Shown here: piece by piece, positions 17,379-26,053 of the stretch | Numbering within the stretch: position 1 is the first letter of the stretch | Layout of the letters: every line of letters begins with the position of its first letter | Origin: a virus | Virus genome (UHGV): UHGV-0219829 | DNA length: 26,053 nt | Reading direction: 5' to 3' (one strand) | Translations under genes and position numbers: made by a program | The notes under the pieces: model-generated | The model's database searches: none | The model's input: only the letters and a program-made list of their open reading frames with translations | Told to the model about the DNA's origin: nothing

Positions 17379-17785
17379 TGATTGTGCTGGTCGTGTTGTT
17401 ATCGCTGGCGGGGCTGTTTCTGGTGAAACACAAAAATGCCAGCCTGCGCGCCTCGCTGGACAGGGCGAACAACGTCGCCAGTGAACAGCAGACGACCATC
17501 ACCATGCTGAAAAATCAGCTTCATGTTGCCCTCACCAGAGCAGACAAAAACGAGCTGGCGCAGGTGGCACTGCGTCAGGAACTGGAGAACGCCGCGAAGC
17601 GTGAAGCACAGCGCGAGAAAACCATCACGAGGTTACTTAATGAAAACGAAGATTTTCGCCGCTGGTACGGTGCTGACCTGCCTGATGCTGTGCGCCGGTT
17701 GCACCAGCGCCCGGCCTGCACCGACGCCAGTGATTGTCGCCAACGCCTGCCCGAAAGTGAGCCTTTGCCCGATGCCGGGCAGTGA
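17366..17785 (+). CDS. lysB: Spanin inner-membrane subunit (LysB, Rz-like)
   Basis: 139-aa ORF with an N-terminal transmembrane segment and a coiled-coil-like periplasmic part. Confidence 0.8.
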   Translation: MSRLMIVLVVLLSLAGLFLVKHKNASLRASLDRANNVASEQQTTITMLKNQLHVALTRADKNELAQVALRQELENAAKREAQREKTITRLLNENEDFRRWYGADLPDAVRRLHQRPACTDASDCRQRLPESEPLPDAGQ

Positions 17786-17930
17786 CCCGCAGACGAACGG
17801 CGATTTAAGTGCTGATATCCGGCAGCTTGAGAACGCGCTGGCACGCTGTGCCAGCCAGGTAAAAATGATTAAACACTGTCAGGACGAAAACGATGCTCAA
17901 ACCCGACAGCCTGCGCAGGGCGCTGACTGA
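17640..17930 (+). CDS. lysC: Spanin outer-membrane lipoprotein subunit (LysC, Rz1-like), overlapping lysB in another frame
   Basis: 96 aa from ATG 17640. Signal peptide with lipobox (MKTKIFAAGTVLTCLMLCAGC), proline-rich. Starts inside lysB in a different frame and extends past it. Confidence 0.8.
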   Translation: MKTKIFAAGTVLTCLMLCAGCTSARPAPTPVIVANACPKVSLCPMPGSDPQTNGDLSADIRQLENALARCASQVKMIKHCQDENDAQTRQPAQGAD

Positions 17931-18360
17931 TGCCGTCACGGTGCTGAAAACCAGTCCCGAGATGCTGCGGATATTCGTGGATAACGGGAGTATTGCCTCC
18001 ACACTGGCGACGTCTATGTCATTCGAAAAGCGTTACACGCTCAATGTGATTGTGACCGACTTTACCGGTGATTTTGACCTGCTCATCGTGCCGGTGCTGG
18101 CGTGGCTGCGGGAAAATCAGCCCGACATCATGACCACCGACGAAGGCCAGAAAAAGGGCTTCACGTTTTATGCAGACATCAACAATGACAGCAGCTTTGA
18201 TATCAGTATCAGCCTGATGCTGACTGAGCGCACGCTGGTCAGTGAGGTTGACGGCGCACTGCATGTGAAGAATATCCCGGAACCCCCGCCGCCGGAGCCG
18301 GTCACCCGCCCGATGGAGCTTTATATCAATGGCGAACTGGTGAGCAAGTGGGATGAATGA
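17893..18360 (+). CDS. R: Tail completion protein (gpR)
   Basis: 155-aa ORF, equal to P2 gpR. Confidence 0.85.
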   Translation: MLKPDSLRRALTDAVTVLKTSPEMLRIFVDNGSIASTLATSMSFEKRYTLNVIVTDFTGDFDLLIVPVLAWLRENQPDIMTTDEGQKKGFTFYADINNDSSFDISISLMLTERTLVSEVDGALHVKNIPEPPPPEPVTRPMELYINGELVSKWDE

Positions 18361-18805
18361 GTTTAAGCGTTTTGAAGACCGGCTGACCGGACTGATTGAG
18401 TCGCTGTCACCGTCAGGGCGTCGGCGACTGAGCGCCGAACTGGCGAAGCGTCTGCGGCAGAGTCAGCAGCGTCGGGTGATGGCACAGAAAGCCCCGGACG
18501 GCACACCCTACGCGCCACGCCAGCAGCAGAGCGCCAGAAAAAAGACCGGTCGTGTTAAGCGAAAAATGTTTGCGAAACTTATTACCAGTCGTTTTTTGCA
18601 TATCCGCGCCAGCCCTGAACAGGCATCAATGGAGTTTTACGGCGGGAAGTCACCGAAAATCGCCAGCGTGCATCAGTTCGGTCTGTCGGAAGAAAACCGG
18701 AAAGACGGTAAGAAAATTGATTATCCGGCGCGTCCCCTGCTCGGCTTTACCGGTGAGGATGTGCAGATGATTGAAGAGATTATCCTGGCTCACCTCGACC
18801 GTTAG
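18353..18805 (+). CDS. S: Tail completion protein (gpS)
   Basis: 150-aa ORF, equal to P2 gpS; overlaps the R stop. Confidence 0.85.
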   Translation: MNEFKRFEDRLTGLIESLSPSGRRRLSAELAKRLRQSQQRRVMAQKAPDGTPYAPRQQQSARKKTGRVKRKMFAKLITSRFLHIRASPEQASMEFYGGKSPKIASVHQFGLSEENRKDGKKIDYPARPLLGFTGEDVQMIEEIILAHLDR

Positions 18806-18871
18806 TTGTGCCATTCCCGACACCTCATCGTCACATTGCCGCCGGTATGACCCGGCGGCATCCTTCCCGTT

Positions 18872-19507
18872 ATGAACACTCTCGCAAATATTCAGGAACT
18901 CGCGCGCGCACTGCGCAACATGATACGCCCCGGCATTATCGTCGAAACCAACCTTAACGCCGGTCGCTGCCGTGTGCAGACCGGCGGCATGTGCACCGAC
19001 TGGCTTCAGTGGCTGACCCATCGTGCCGGGCGTTCGCGCACATGGTGGGCACCTTCCGTGGGGGAACAGGTGCTGATTCTGGCCGTGGGCGGTGAACTCG
19101 ACACGGCGTTTGTTCTGCCGGGAATTTATTCCGGCGATAATCCCGCGCCGTCTGCGTCGGCGGATGCCCTGCATATCCGTTTCCCTGACGGGGCGGTGAT
19201 TGAGTATGAACCCGAAACCAGTGCACTCACGGCAAGCGGAATTAAAACGGCCAGCGTGACGGCTTCTGATTCTGTTACTGCCACGGTGCCGGTGGTCATG
19301 GTGAAAGCATCAACCCGCGTCACCCTGGACACGCCGGAGGTGGTCTGCACAAACAAGCTGATTACCGGCACGCTGGAAGTGCAGAAGGGCGGGACGATGC
19401 GCGGCAACATTGAACACACCGGCGGTGAACTCTCATCAAACGGTAAGGTACTGCATACCCATAAACACCCCGGCGACAGCGGCGGCACAACCGGGAGTCC
19501 TCTATGA
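18872..19507 (+). CDS. V: Baseplate spike/assembly protein (gpV)
   Basis: 211-aa ORF, equal to P2 gpV. Confidence 0.85.
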   Translation: MNTLANIQELARALRNMIRPGIIVETNLNAGRCRVQTGGMCTDWLQWLTHRAGRSRTWWAPSVGEQVLILAVGGELDTAFVLPGIYSGDNPAPSASADALHIRFPDGAVIEYEPETSALTASGIKTASVTASDSVTATVPVVMVKASTRVTLDTPEVVCTNKLITGTLEVQKGGTMRGNIEHTGGELSSNGKVLHTHKHPGDSGGTTGSPL

Positions 19508-19851
19508 CAGCGCGTTATCTCGGAATGAATCGCAGTGATGGCCAGACTGTCACTGACCTTGAGCATATCAGCCAGAGTATCGGCGATATCCTGCGCACAC
19601 CGGTCGGCTCACGGGTGATGCGTCGTGATTACGGCTCGTTGCTGGCGTCAATGATTGACCAGCCGCAGACCCCGGCACTTGAGTTGCAGATTAAGGTCGC
19701 CTGTTACATGGCGGTGCTGAAATGGGAACCCCGCGTCACCCTGTCATCCGTCACCACGGCGCGCAGCTTTGACGGGCGAATGACAGTTACATTAACCGGC
19801 CAGCACAACGACACCGACCAGCCACTTTCGTTAACCATCCCTGTGAGTTGA
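19504..19851 (+). CDS. W: Baseplate protein (gpW, GPW/gp25 family)
   Basis: 115-aa ORF, equal to P2 gpW; overlaps the V stop. Confidence 0.85.
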   Translation: MTARYLGMNRSDGQTVTDLEHISQSIGDILRTPVGSRVMRRDYGSLLASMIDQPQTPALELQIKVACYMAVLKWEPRVTLSSVTTARSFDGRMTVTLTGQHNDTDQPLSLTIPVS

Positions 19852-19855
19852 AACC

Positions 19856-20764
19856 ATGCCGATTATCGACCTGAACCAGCTACCCGCACCGGATGTGGTC
19901 GAGGAGCTGGACTTTGAAACCATTCTTGCCGAACGCAAGGCGACACTGATTTCCCTTTACCCGGAAGACCAGCAGGAGGCGGTCGCCCGTACCCTGACGC
20001 TGGAATCTGAGCCTCTCGTCAAACTGCTGGAGGAAAATGCTTATCGTGAGCTTATCTGGCGTCAGCGTGTGAATGAGGCCGCACGGGCGGTGATGCTGGC
20101 CTGTGCCGCCGGTAATGACCTTGATGTGATTGGTGCCAATTACAACACCACACGTCTGATTATCACCCCGGCAGATGATTCGACCCTCCCGCCGACACCG
20201 GCAGTGATGGAATCTGACACCGATTATCGTCTGCGTATTCAGCAGGCGTTTGAGGGCTTAAGCGTCGCCGGGTCGGTGGGAGCCTATCAGTATCATGGTC
20301 GCAGTGCCGACGGGCGTGTCGCGGATATCTCTGTCACCAGTCCGTCTCCGGCCTGCGTCACTATCTCCGTGCTGTCTCGCGAAAATAACGGTGTCGCATC
20401 CGAAGACCTGCTGGCGGTGGTGCGCAACGCCCTGAATGGTGAGGACGTCAGACCGGTGGCCGACCGAGTGACCGTGCAGTCTGCCGCCATTGTTGAATAC
20501 CAGATAAACGCCACGCTGTACCTTTACCCTGGTCCCGAAAGCGAACCCATCCGCGCCGCCGCCGTGAAAAAACTGGAAGCATACATCACGGCACAGCACC
20601 GGCTGGGGCGCGACATCCGTCTGTCTGCCATTTATGCCGCTTTGCATGTGGAAGGCGTGCAGCGTGTCGAACTGGCTGCACCACTGGCCGACATCGTGCT
20701 CAACAGTACGCAGGCGTCTTTCTGTACCGAATACCGCGTCGTGACCGGAGGCTCGGATGAGTGA
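19856..20764 (+). CDS. J: Baseplate protein (gpJ)
   Basis: 302-aa ORF, equal to P2 gpJ. Confidence 0.85.
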   Translation: MPIIDLNQLPAPDVVEELDFETILAERKATLISLYPEDQQEAVARTLTLESEPLVKLLEENAYRELIWRQRVNEAARAVMLACAAGNDLDVIGANYNTTRLIITPADDSTLPPTPAVMESDTDYRLRIQQAFEGLSVAGSVGAYQYHGRSADGRVADISVTSPSPACVTISVLSRENNGVASEDLLAVVRNALNGEDVRPVADRVTVQSAAIVEYQINATLYLYPGPESEPIRAAAVKKLEAYITAQHRLGRDIRLSAIYAALHVEGVQRVELAAPLADIVLNSTQASFCTEYRVVTGGSDE

Positions 20765-21368
20765 TTCGCGACTGCTGCCGACCGGCTCATCACCGCTTGA
20801 AGTTGCCGCCGCAAAAGCCTGTGCGGAAATTGAAAAAACGCCGGTCAGTATTCGTGAGCTGTGGAACCCGGATGCCTGTCCGGCAAATCTGCTGCCGTGG
20901 CTGGCGTGGGCGTTTTCGGTTGACCGCTGGGATGATAAGTGGCCGGAAGCGACCAAACGCGCTGTTATCCGCGATGCGTATTTCATTCACTGCCATAAGG
21001 GCACTATCGGTGCGATTCGCCGTGTGGTGGAGCCGCTTGGCTATCTGATTGAGGTGAGGGAGTGGTGGCAACTCAACGAGAAACCGGGGACGTTCCGCAT
21101 CGTTGTTGGCGTGCTTGAGCAGGGTATTACCGAGGAAATGTATCAGGAGCTGGAGCGTCTCGTTGCTGATGCAAAACCGGCAAGCCGCCATCTGACGGGA
21201 CTGGCTATCAGTTTAAGTACAACCGGCAACATTTTTGCCGGTGCGGGATGCTATCACGGCGACGCCCTGACGGTTTATCCCTACACCCCGGAGGCCATTA
21301 TTGTCGGAGGGGATTATTTCCCGGCCTCGGCCATTCATTTAATTGATAACCTGAGAGTAAACGCATGA
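20757..21368 (+). CDS. I: Baseplate protein (gpI)
   Basis: 203-aa ORF overlapping the J stop, upstream of the tail fibre gene. Confidence 0.8.
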   Translation: MSDSRLLPTGSSPLEVAAAKACAEIEKTPVSIRELWNPDACPANLLPWLAWAFSVDRWDDKWPEATKRAVIRDAYFIHCHKGTIGAIRRVVEPLGYLIEVREWWQLNEKPGTFRIVVGVLEQGITEEMYQELERLVADAKPASRHLTGLAISLSTTGNIFAGAGCYHGDALTVYPYTPEAIIVGGDYFPASAIHLIDNLRVNA

Positions 21369-22942
21369 CAGTGAAATACTACGCCATTCTGACTAATCAG
21401 GGCGCAGCACGGCTGGCTAACGCGACGATGCTCGGCAGTAAGCTGAATCTGACGCAAATGGCCGTTGGTGATGCGAATGGTGTCTTGCCGACACCAGACC
21501 CGGCACAGACAAAACTGATTAACCAGAAACGCATCGCGCCGCTGAATCTTCTGAGTGTTGACCCGAACAACCAGAGCCAGATTATTGCGGAGCAAATCAT
21601 CCCTGAGAACGAGGGCGGATTCTGGATCCGTGAGATTGGGCTTTATGATGATGAAGGCGTACTCATTGCGGTGGCGAATTGCCCGGAAACGTACAAACCG
21701 CAGTTGCAGGAAGGCAGTGGTCGTACCCAGACTATCCGCATGATTCTGGTTGTCACGAATACCGAAGCCATCACGCTGAAAATTGACCCGTCGGTGGTAC
21801 TGGCAACACGCAAATATGTGGATGACAAAATTTCTGAGCACGAACAGTCACGACGCCACCCGGACGCCTCGCTGACCGCAAAAGGTTTTACTCAGTTAAG
21901 CAGTGCAACCAACAGCACATCTGAAACAATGGCCGCAACACCGAAAGCGGTTAAGGCAGCGTACGACCTTGCTAACGGAAAATATACCGCTCAGGACGCT
22001 ACTACGGCACGAAAAGGCCTTGTTCAACTCAGTAGCGCCACAAACAGCACGTCTGAAACGCTGGCTGCAACGCCAAAAGCTGTTAAGACGGTAATGGATG
22101 AAGCGAACAAAAAAGCGCCATTAAACAGCCCGGCGCTGACCGGAACGCCAACAACGCCAACTGCGCCAAAGGGTACTAATAATACTCAGATAGCAAGCAC
22201 GGCTTATGTTATGGCTGCGATTGCTGCGCTTGTAGACTCGTCGCCTGACGCACTTAACACGCTGAACGAACTGGCCGCCGCGCTTGGTAATGATCCAAAT
22301 TTTGCGACCACCATGACTAACGCGCTCGCGGGCAAGCAACCGAAGGATGCCACCCTGACGGCGCTGGCAGGACTGTCTACATCAGCCGATAAACTCCCTT
22401 ATTTTACAGGGGCAGATCGTGCCGCGTTAACTGCACTGACAAGTGTTGGGCGTACCATTCTTGGTAAAACCAGCACTCAGGGAGTTCTTGATTACCTTGG
22501 TTTGGGAGAAGGCTCTGCATTGCCTGTTGGTGTACCAATTCCGTGGCCTTCTGCAACACCACCAGGCGGTTGGCTAAAATGCAATGGCGCAACTTTTGAC
22601 AAAGCGAAATATCCTCAGCTTGCAAAGGTATACCCTACCGGGAAATTACCTGATTTGCGTGGCGTGTTTATTCGTGGCTGGGATGATGGACGGGGAATTG
22701 ATACCAGTCGTGCTCTACTTTCAGAGCAGCAACCTAAAGTTGGTCAGTTCTGGGCAAGAGGAACAACATATACCGTAAGTCCTGGCAGTATCTATATAAC
22801 CGATGCGATTTCAATAGGACAATCACCATCCAGTGTTGCGGTAAATAACGATTCCGGCGCATCGGAAAATTACGTTGAAGTAACCCCTGTTGATACCAGA
22901 CCTATCAACAATGCGTTTAACTATATCGTGAGGGCTGCGTAA
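21365..22942 (+). CDS. H: Tail fibre protein (gpH) with an internal tandem protein repeat and a probably exchanged C-terminal receptor-binding region
   Basis: 525-aa ORF. Seen directly: repeated block QLSSATNSTSET[M/L]AATPKAVK (about nt 21893-21957 and 22025-22087). Shorter than P2 gpH (669 aa as I recall). Confidence 0.85.
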   Translation: MTVKYYAILTNQGAARLANATMLGSKLNLTQMAVGDANGVLPTPDPAQTKLINQKRIAPLNLLSVDPNNQSQIIAEQIIPENEGGFWIREIGLYDDEGVLIAVANCPETYKPQLQEGSGRTQTIRMILVVTNTEAITLKIDPSVVLATRKYVDDKISEHEQSRRHPDASLTAKGFTQLSSATNSTSETMAATPKAVKAAYDLANGKYTAQDATTARKGLVQLSSATNSTSETLAATPKAVKTVMDEANKKAPLNSPALTGTPTTPTAPKGTNNTQIASTAYVMAAIAALVDSSPDALNTLNELAAALGNDPNFATTMTNALAGKQPKDATLTALAGLSTSADKLPYFTGADRAALTALTSVGRTILGKTSTQGVLDYLGLGEGSALPVGVPIPWPSATPPGGWLKCNGATFDKAKYPQLAKVYPTGKLPDLRGVFIRGWDDGRGIDTSRALLSEQQPKVGQFWARGTTYTVSPGSIYITDAISIGQSPSSVAVNNDSGASENYVEVTPVDTRPINNAFNYIVRAA

Positions 22943-23544
22943 TGAATACAGCGGTTTTAAATAGTAGCTTTATTGCAATAGAGGCTGGGGATATTACAGT
23001 TTATAACTATGATGGCGAGACGCGGGAATATATTTCCACATCAACTGAATATCTTGCTGCTGGTGTCGGTATCCCGGCATGTTCTTGTTTAGATGCACCA
23101 GGCACACATAAGGCTGGCTATACAATCTGCCGCTCATCGGATTTTAACTCATGGGAATATGTGCCAGACCATCGCGGTGAAATCGTCTATAACACCGAAA
23201 CGGGTGACGCCAAAGAAATCACAGCACCGGGCGACTATCCTGAAAACACAACCACTATCGCCCCGTTAACGCCATACGATAAATGGGATGGTGAGAAATG
23301 GGTGACAGACACTGAGGCACAACACAGTGCCGCAGTAGAAGCGGCAGAAGCACAGCGCCAGTCACTGATTGATGCTGCTATGGCTTCCATTAGTCTGATT
23401 CAGTTGAAATTGCAGGCCGGGCGCAAACTGACGCAAACAGAAACAACCCGACTTAACGCTGTGCTGGATTACATTGACGCGGTGACAGCAACAGATACCA
23501 GCACAGCGCCGGATGTTATCTGGCCTGAACTGCCGGAGGCGTAG
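22942..23544 (+). CDS. G: Tail fibre assembly chaperone (gpG)
   Basis: 200-aa ORF; its ATG overlaps the H stop (TAATG). Confidence 0.8.
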   Translation: MNTAVLNSSFIAIEAGDITVYNYDGETREYISTSTEYLAAGVGIPACSCLDAPGTHKAGYTICRSSDFNSWEYVPDHRGEIVYNTETGDAKEITAPGDYPENTTTIAPLTPYDKWDGEKWVTDTEAQHSAAVEAAEAQRQSLIDAAMASISLIQLKLQAGRKLTQTETTRLNAVLDYIDAVTATDTSTAPDVIWPELPEA

Positions 23545-23555
23545 GTCATTCAATA

Positions 23556-23597
23556 TCTGGAGCACTGGAAATATCGACCAGTTCCAGTGCGTCCAGA
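23556..23597. repeat. Long imperfect inverted repeat (TCTGGAGCACTGGAA ... TTCCAGTGCgTCCAGA) downstream of G
   Basis: Seen directly: perfect 8-bp core stem CACTGGAA/TTCCAGTG (23563-23570 and 23582-23589) with an 11-nt loop, extendable to about 15 bp with one bulge. No following T-run. Confidence 0.5.
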
Positions 23598-23820
23598 TAA
23601 TCGAGTGAGAGGGAACAGACAGGACGGTTGCTGGTTGTGGGGGAATCACGTCAACGTGTGGCGCTGATTTTTGATATTGGCCTGTCCACGCTCTATAAAA
23701 ATCCCCCTCATCAGCGACAAAGAATAAATTGTGTCATCCCTTAGCCAACCGGGATAAATAGCCTGACATCTCCGACACACATGAAAATACCACTCACCCA
23801 TTAACCACGGAGTTAAACGG

Positions 23821-25011
23821 ATGAGTGACTATCATCATGGCGTGCAGGTGCTGGAGATTAACGACGGCACCCGCGTCATTTCCACCGTATCCACTGCCAT
23901 TGTCGGCATGGTCTGCACGGCCAGCGATGCGGATGCGGAAACCTTCCCCCTCAATAAACCGGTGCTGATTACCAATGTGCAGAGCGCAATTGCAAAGGCC
24001 GGTAAAAAAGGCACGCTGGCGGCGTCGTTGCAGGCCATCGCTGACCAGTCAAAACCAGTCACCGTTGTCGTGCGTGTTGAAGACGGCACCGGCGACGACG
24101 AGGAAACGAAACTCGCGCAGACCGTTTCCAATATCATAGGCACCACTGACGAAAACGGTCAGTACACCGGACTGAAAGCCCTGCTGGCGGCGGAGTCGGT
24201 TACCGGCGTTAAACCGCGCATTCTTGGTGTGCCGGGGCTGGACACCAAAGAGGTTGCCGTCGCACTGGCATCGGTATGCCAGGAACTGAATGCATTCGGG
24301 TATATCAGCGCATGGGGCTGTAAAACCATTTCCGAGGTGAAAGCCTACCGCCAGAATTTCAGCCAGCGTGAGCTGATGGTCATCTGGCCGGATTTCCTCG
24401 CATGGGATACGGTCACCAGCACCACCGCCACCGCGTATGCCACCGCCCGTGCGCTGGGTCTGCGCGCTAAAATCGACCAGGAGCAGGGCTGGCATAAAAC
24501 GCTGTCCAACGTCGGGGTAAACGGTGTTACCGGCATCAGCGCATCTGTATTCTGGGATTTGCAGAAGTCCGGCACTGATGCTGACCTGCTGAACGAGGCA
24601 GGCGTCACAACGCTGGTTCGCCGCGACGGTTTCCGTTTCTGGGGTAACCGTACCTGCTCCGATGACCCACTGTTCCTCTTTGAAAGCTACACACGCACCG
24701 CGCAGGTACTGGCCGACACGATGGCTGAGGCGCACATGTGGGCTATTGATAAGCCCATCACCGCAACGCTGATTCGCGACATCATTGATGGCATCAATGC
24801 CAAATTCCGCGAACTGAAAAGCAACGGTTATATCGTGGATGGCACATGCTGGTTCAGTGAAGAATCCAACGATGCGGAAACCCTCAAGGCCGGAAAACTG
24901 TATATCGACTACGACTATACCCCGGTGCCTCCCCTCGAAAACCTGACCCTGCGCCAGCGTATTACTTCAAGATACCTGGCAAGTCTGGTCACCTCGGTTA
25001 ACAGCAATTAA
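23821..25011 (+). CDS. FI: Tail sheath protein (gpFI)
   Basis: 396-aa ORF, equal to P2 gpFI. Confidence 0.9.
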   Translation: MSDYHHGVQVLEINDGTRVISTVSTAIVGMVCTASDADAETFPLNKPVLITNVQSAIAKAGKKGTLAASLQAIADQSKPVTVVVRVEDGTGDDEETKLAQTVSNIIGTTDENGQYTGLKALLAAESVTGVKPRILGVPGLDTKEVAVALASVCQELNAFGYISAWGCKTISEVKAYRQNFSQRELMVIWPDFLAWDTVTSTTATAYATARALGLRAKIDQEQGWHKTLSNVGVNGVTGISASVFWDLQKSGTDADLLNEAGVTTLVRRDGFRFWGNRTCSDDPLFLFESYTRTAQVLADTMAEAHMWAIDKPITATLIRDIIDGINAKFRELKSNGYIVDGTCWFSEESNDAETLKAGKLYIDYDYTPVPPLENLTLRQRITSRYLASLVTSVNSN

Positions 25012-25023
25012 GGAGCCTGACCG

Positions 25024-25542
25024 ATGGCAATGCCGCGCAAACTCAAGTTAATGAACGTCTTTCTGAACGGCTACAGCTATCAGGGCGTCGCGAAGTCCGT
25101 CACGCTGCCAAAACTGACCCGTAAGCTCGAAAACTATCGCGGTGCGGGGATGAACGGCAGCGCACCGGTAGACCTCGGCCTTGATGACGATGCGCTGTCA
25201 ATGGAGTGGTCGCTCGGGGGCTTCCCGGATTCGGTTATCTGGGAACTTTACGCCGCAACCGGTGTGGATGCCGTGCCGATTCGTTTTGCAGGCTCTTACC
25301 AGCGTGACGATACCGGCGAAACGGTGGCCGTCGAAGTGGTTATGCGTGGCCGTCAGAAAGAAATCGACACCGGCGAGGGTAAACAGGGAGAAGACACCGA
25401 GTCGAAAATCTCCGTGGTCTGCACCTATTTCCGGCTGACGATGGACGGTAAGGAGCTGGTCGAAATTGACACCATCAACATGATTGAGAAGGTGAACGGC
25501 GTCGACCGGCTGGAGCAACACCGCCGCAATATCGGCCTGTGA
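25024..25542 (+). CDS. FII: Tail tube protein (gpFII)
   Basis: 172-aa ORF, equal to P2 gpFII. Confidence 0.9.
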   Translation: MAMPRKLKLMNVFLNGYSYQGVAKSVTLPKLTRKLENYRGAGMNGSAPVDLGLDDDALSMEWSLGGFPDSVIWELYAATGVDAVPIRFAGSYQRDDTGETVAVEVVMRGRQKEIDTGEGKQGEDTESKISVVCTYFRLTMDGKELVEIDTINMIEKVNGVDRLEQHRRNIGL

Positions 25543-25598
25543 TTTTCATCCGGTCAGCCTGGCTGACCGGTTAACCCTGATTCAGAAGTGAGAAAACC

Positions 25599-25874
25599 AT
25601 GAACAAAGAAAATGTGATTACCCTGGACAATCCGGTCAAGCGTGGTGAGCAGGTTATCGAACAGGTCACGCTGATGAAACCCAATGCCGGGACGCTGCGC
25701 GGTGTCAGTCTGGCTGCGGTCGCAAACTCCGAAGTCGATGCACTGATTAAAGTGCTGCCGCGCATGACGGCACCGATGCTGACTGAGCAGGAGGTCGCCG
25801 CGCTGGAGCTGCCTGACCTTGTGGCGCTGGCCGGTAAGGTGGTCGGTTTTTTGTCGCCGAACTCGGTGCAGTAA
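25599..25874 (+). CDS. E: Tail assembly chaperone E
   Basis: 91-aa ORF between the tube and tape-measure genes; size equals P2 gpE. Confidence 0.85.
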   Translation: MNKENVITLDNPVKRGEQVIEQVTLMKPNAGTLRGVSLAAVANSEVDALIKVLPRMTAPMLTEQEVAALELPDLVALAGKVVGFLSPNSVQ

Positions 25875-26026
25875 CGTTTCCGAAAAATCTCTCGGTCGAT
25901 GACCTGATGGCGGATGTGGCAGTGATATTTCACTGGCCGCCATCAGAACTGTATCCCATGAGCCTGACCGAACTCATCACATGGCGCGAAAAGGCGCTCC
26001 GGCGAAGCGGAAACACGAATGAGTAA
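25599..26026 (+). CDS. E': Tail assembly chaperone E+E' made by programmed -1 ribosomal frameshift at T_TTT_TTG (25847-25853)
   Basis: Seen directly: slippery heptamer TTTTTTG near the E 3' end. The -1 frame is open from 25853 to a TAA at 26024-26026, giving about 142 aa (85 + 57), the expected E+E' size. Confidence 0.7.
25847..25853 (+). other. Slippery heptamer T_TTT_TTG for the E/E' -1 frameshift
   Basis: Seen directly, in the zero-frame context GGT TTT TTG. Confidence 0.7.
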
Positions 26027-26053
26027 CAATGTAAAATTACAGGTATTGCTCAG
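26019..26053 (+). CDS. T: Tail tape measure protein (gpT), N-terminal fragment; continues beyond the window
   Basis: ATG at 26019 translating MSNNVKLQVLL..., overlapping the E' stop. The ORF is open to the window end. Confidence 0.6.
   Translation, partial: MSNNVKLQVLL

Noticed and set aside
20258-20986. 242-aa minus-strand ORF across J/I and other antisense ORFs in the baseplate region
   Set aside because: Antisense to conserved baseplate genes; arginine/alanine/glycine-rich low-complexity translation typical of GC-rich antisense frames.
21365-23544. Invertible tail-fibre segment (Gin/Cin-type host-range switch)
   Set aside because: No invertase gene or flanking inverted crossover sites near H/G; G follows H directly in the same orientation.
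23362-23649. 95-aa minus-strand ORF overlapping the 3' end of G and the G-FI spacer
   Set aside because: Mostly antisense to G with no Shine-Dalgarno; the intergenic part is better explained by the inverted repeat and promoter region.
24049-24735. 228-aa minus-strand ORF within tail sheath FI
   Set aside because: Lies inside the 396-aa sheath gene, which matches P2 FI in length; treated as spurious.
1-26053. CRISPR arrays or rRNA genes
   Set aside because: No regularly spaced direct repeats with unique spacers and no rRNA-like sequence were seen. The only tandem repeats are the short arm-type and operator elements and the intragenic tail-fibre repeat.

Overview
The window is the left ~26 kb of a P2-like (Peduovirus-type) temperate prophage, in prophage gene order. 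Reading left to right: a host/attL junction with a terminator hairpin and integrase arm-type repeats; int and the immunity repressor C on the minus strand; a face-to-face regulatory region; the early operon (cox, small ORFs, B, a TraR/DksA-type zinc-finger ORF, HUH replication initiator A); a low-GC cargo island; the cos site; then portal Q and terminase P (minus strand) and the late operons O-N-M-L-X-Y-K-lysA-lysB/lysC-R-S-V-W-J-I-H-G and FI-FII-E/E'-T (T truncated at the window end). Product sizes match the P2 proteins as I recall them from memory (e.g. N 357 aa, M 247 aa, V 211 aa, FI 396 aa, E 91 aa); no database search was run. The most interesting region is the cargo island at about 5962-9420, which sits where P2 carries tin/old. 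It encodes a canonical C5-cytosine DNA methyltransferase converging on a two-gene minus-strand operon: a ParB/Srx-like N-domain protein and an unrecognisable 329-aa partner. This looks like a candidate uncharacterised anti-phage or restriction-modification-like module. No rRNA, tRNA or CRISPR array was found. The supplied ORF track uses TTG/GTG as well as ATG starts, so several starts were re-assigned to in-frame ATGs with Shine-Dalgarno support.
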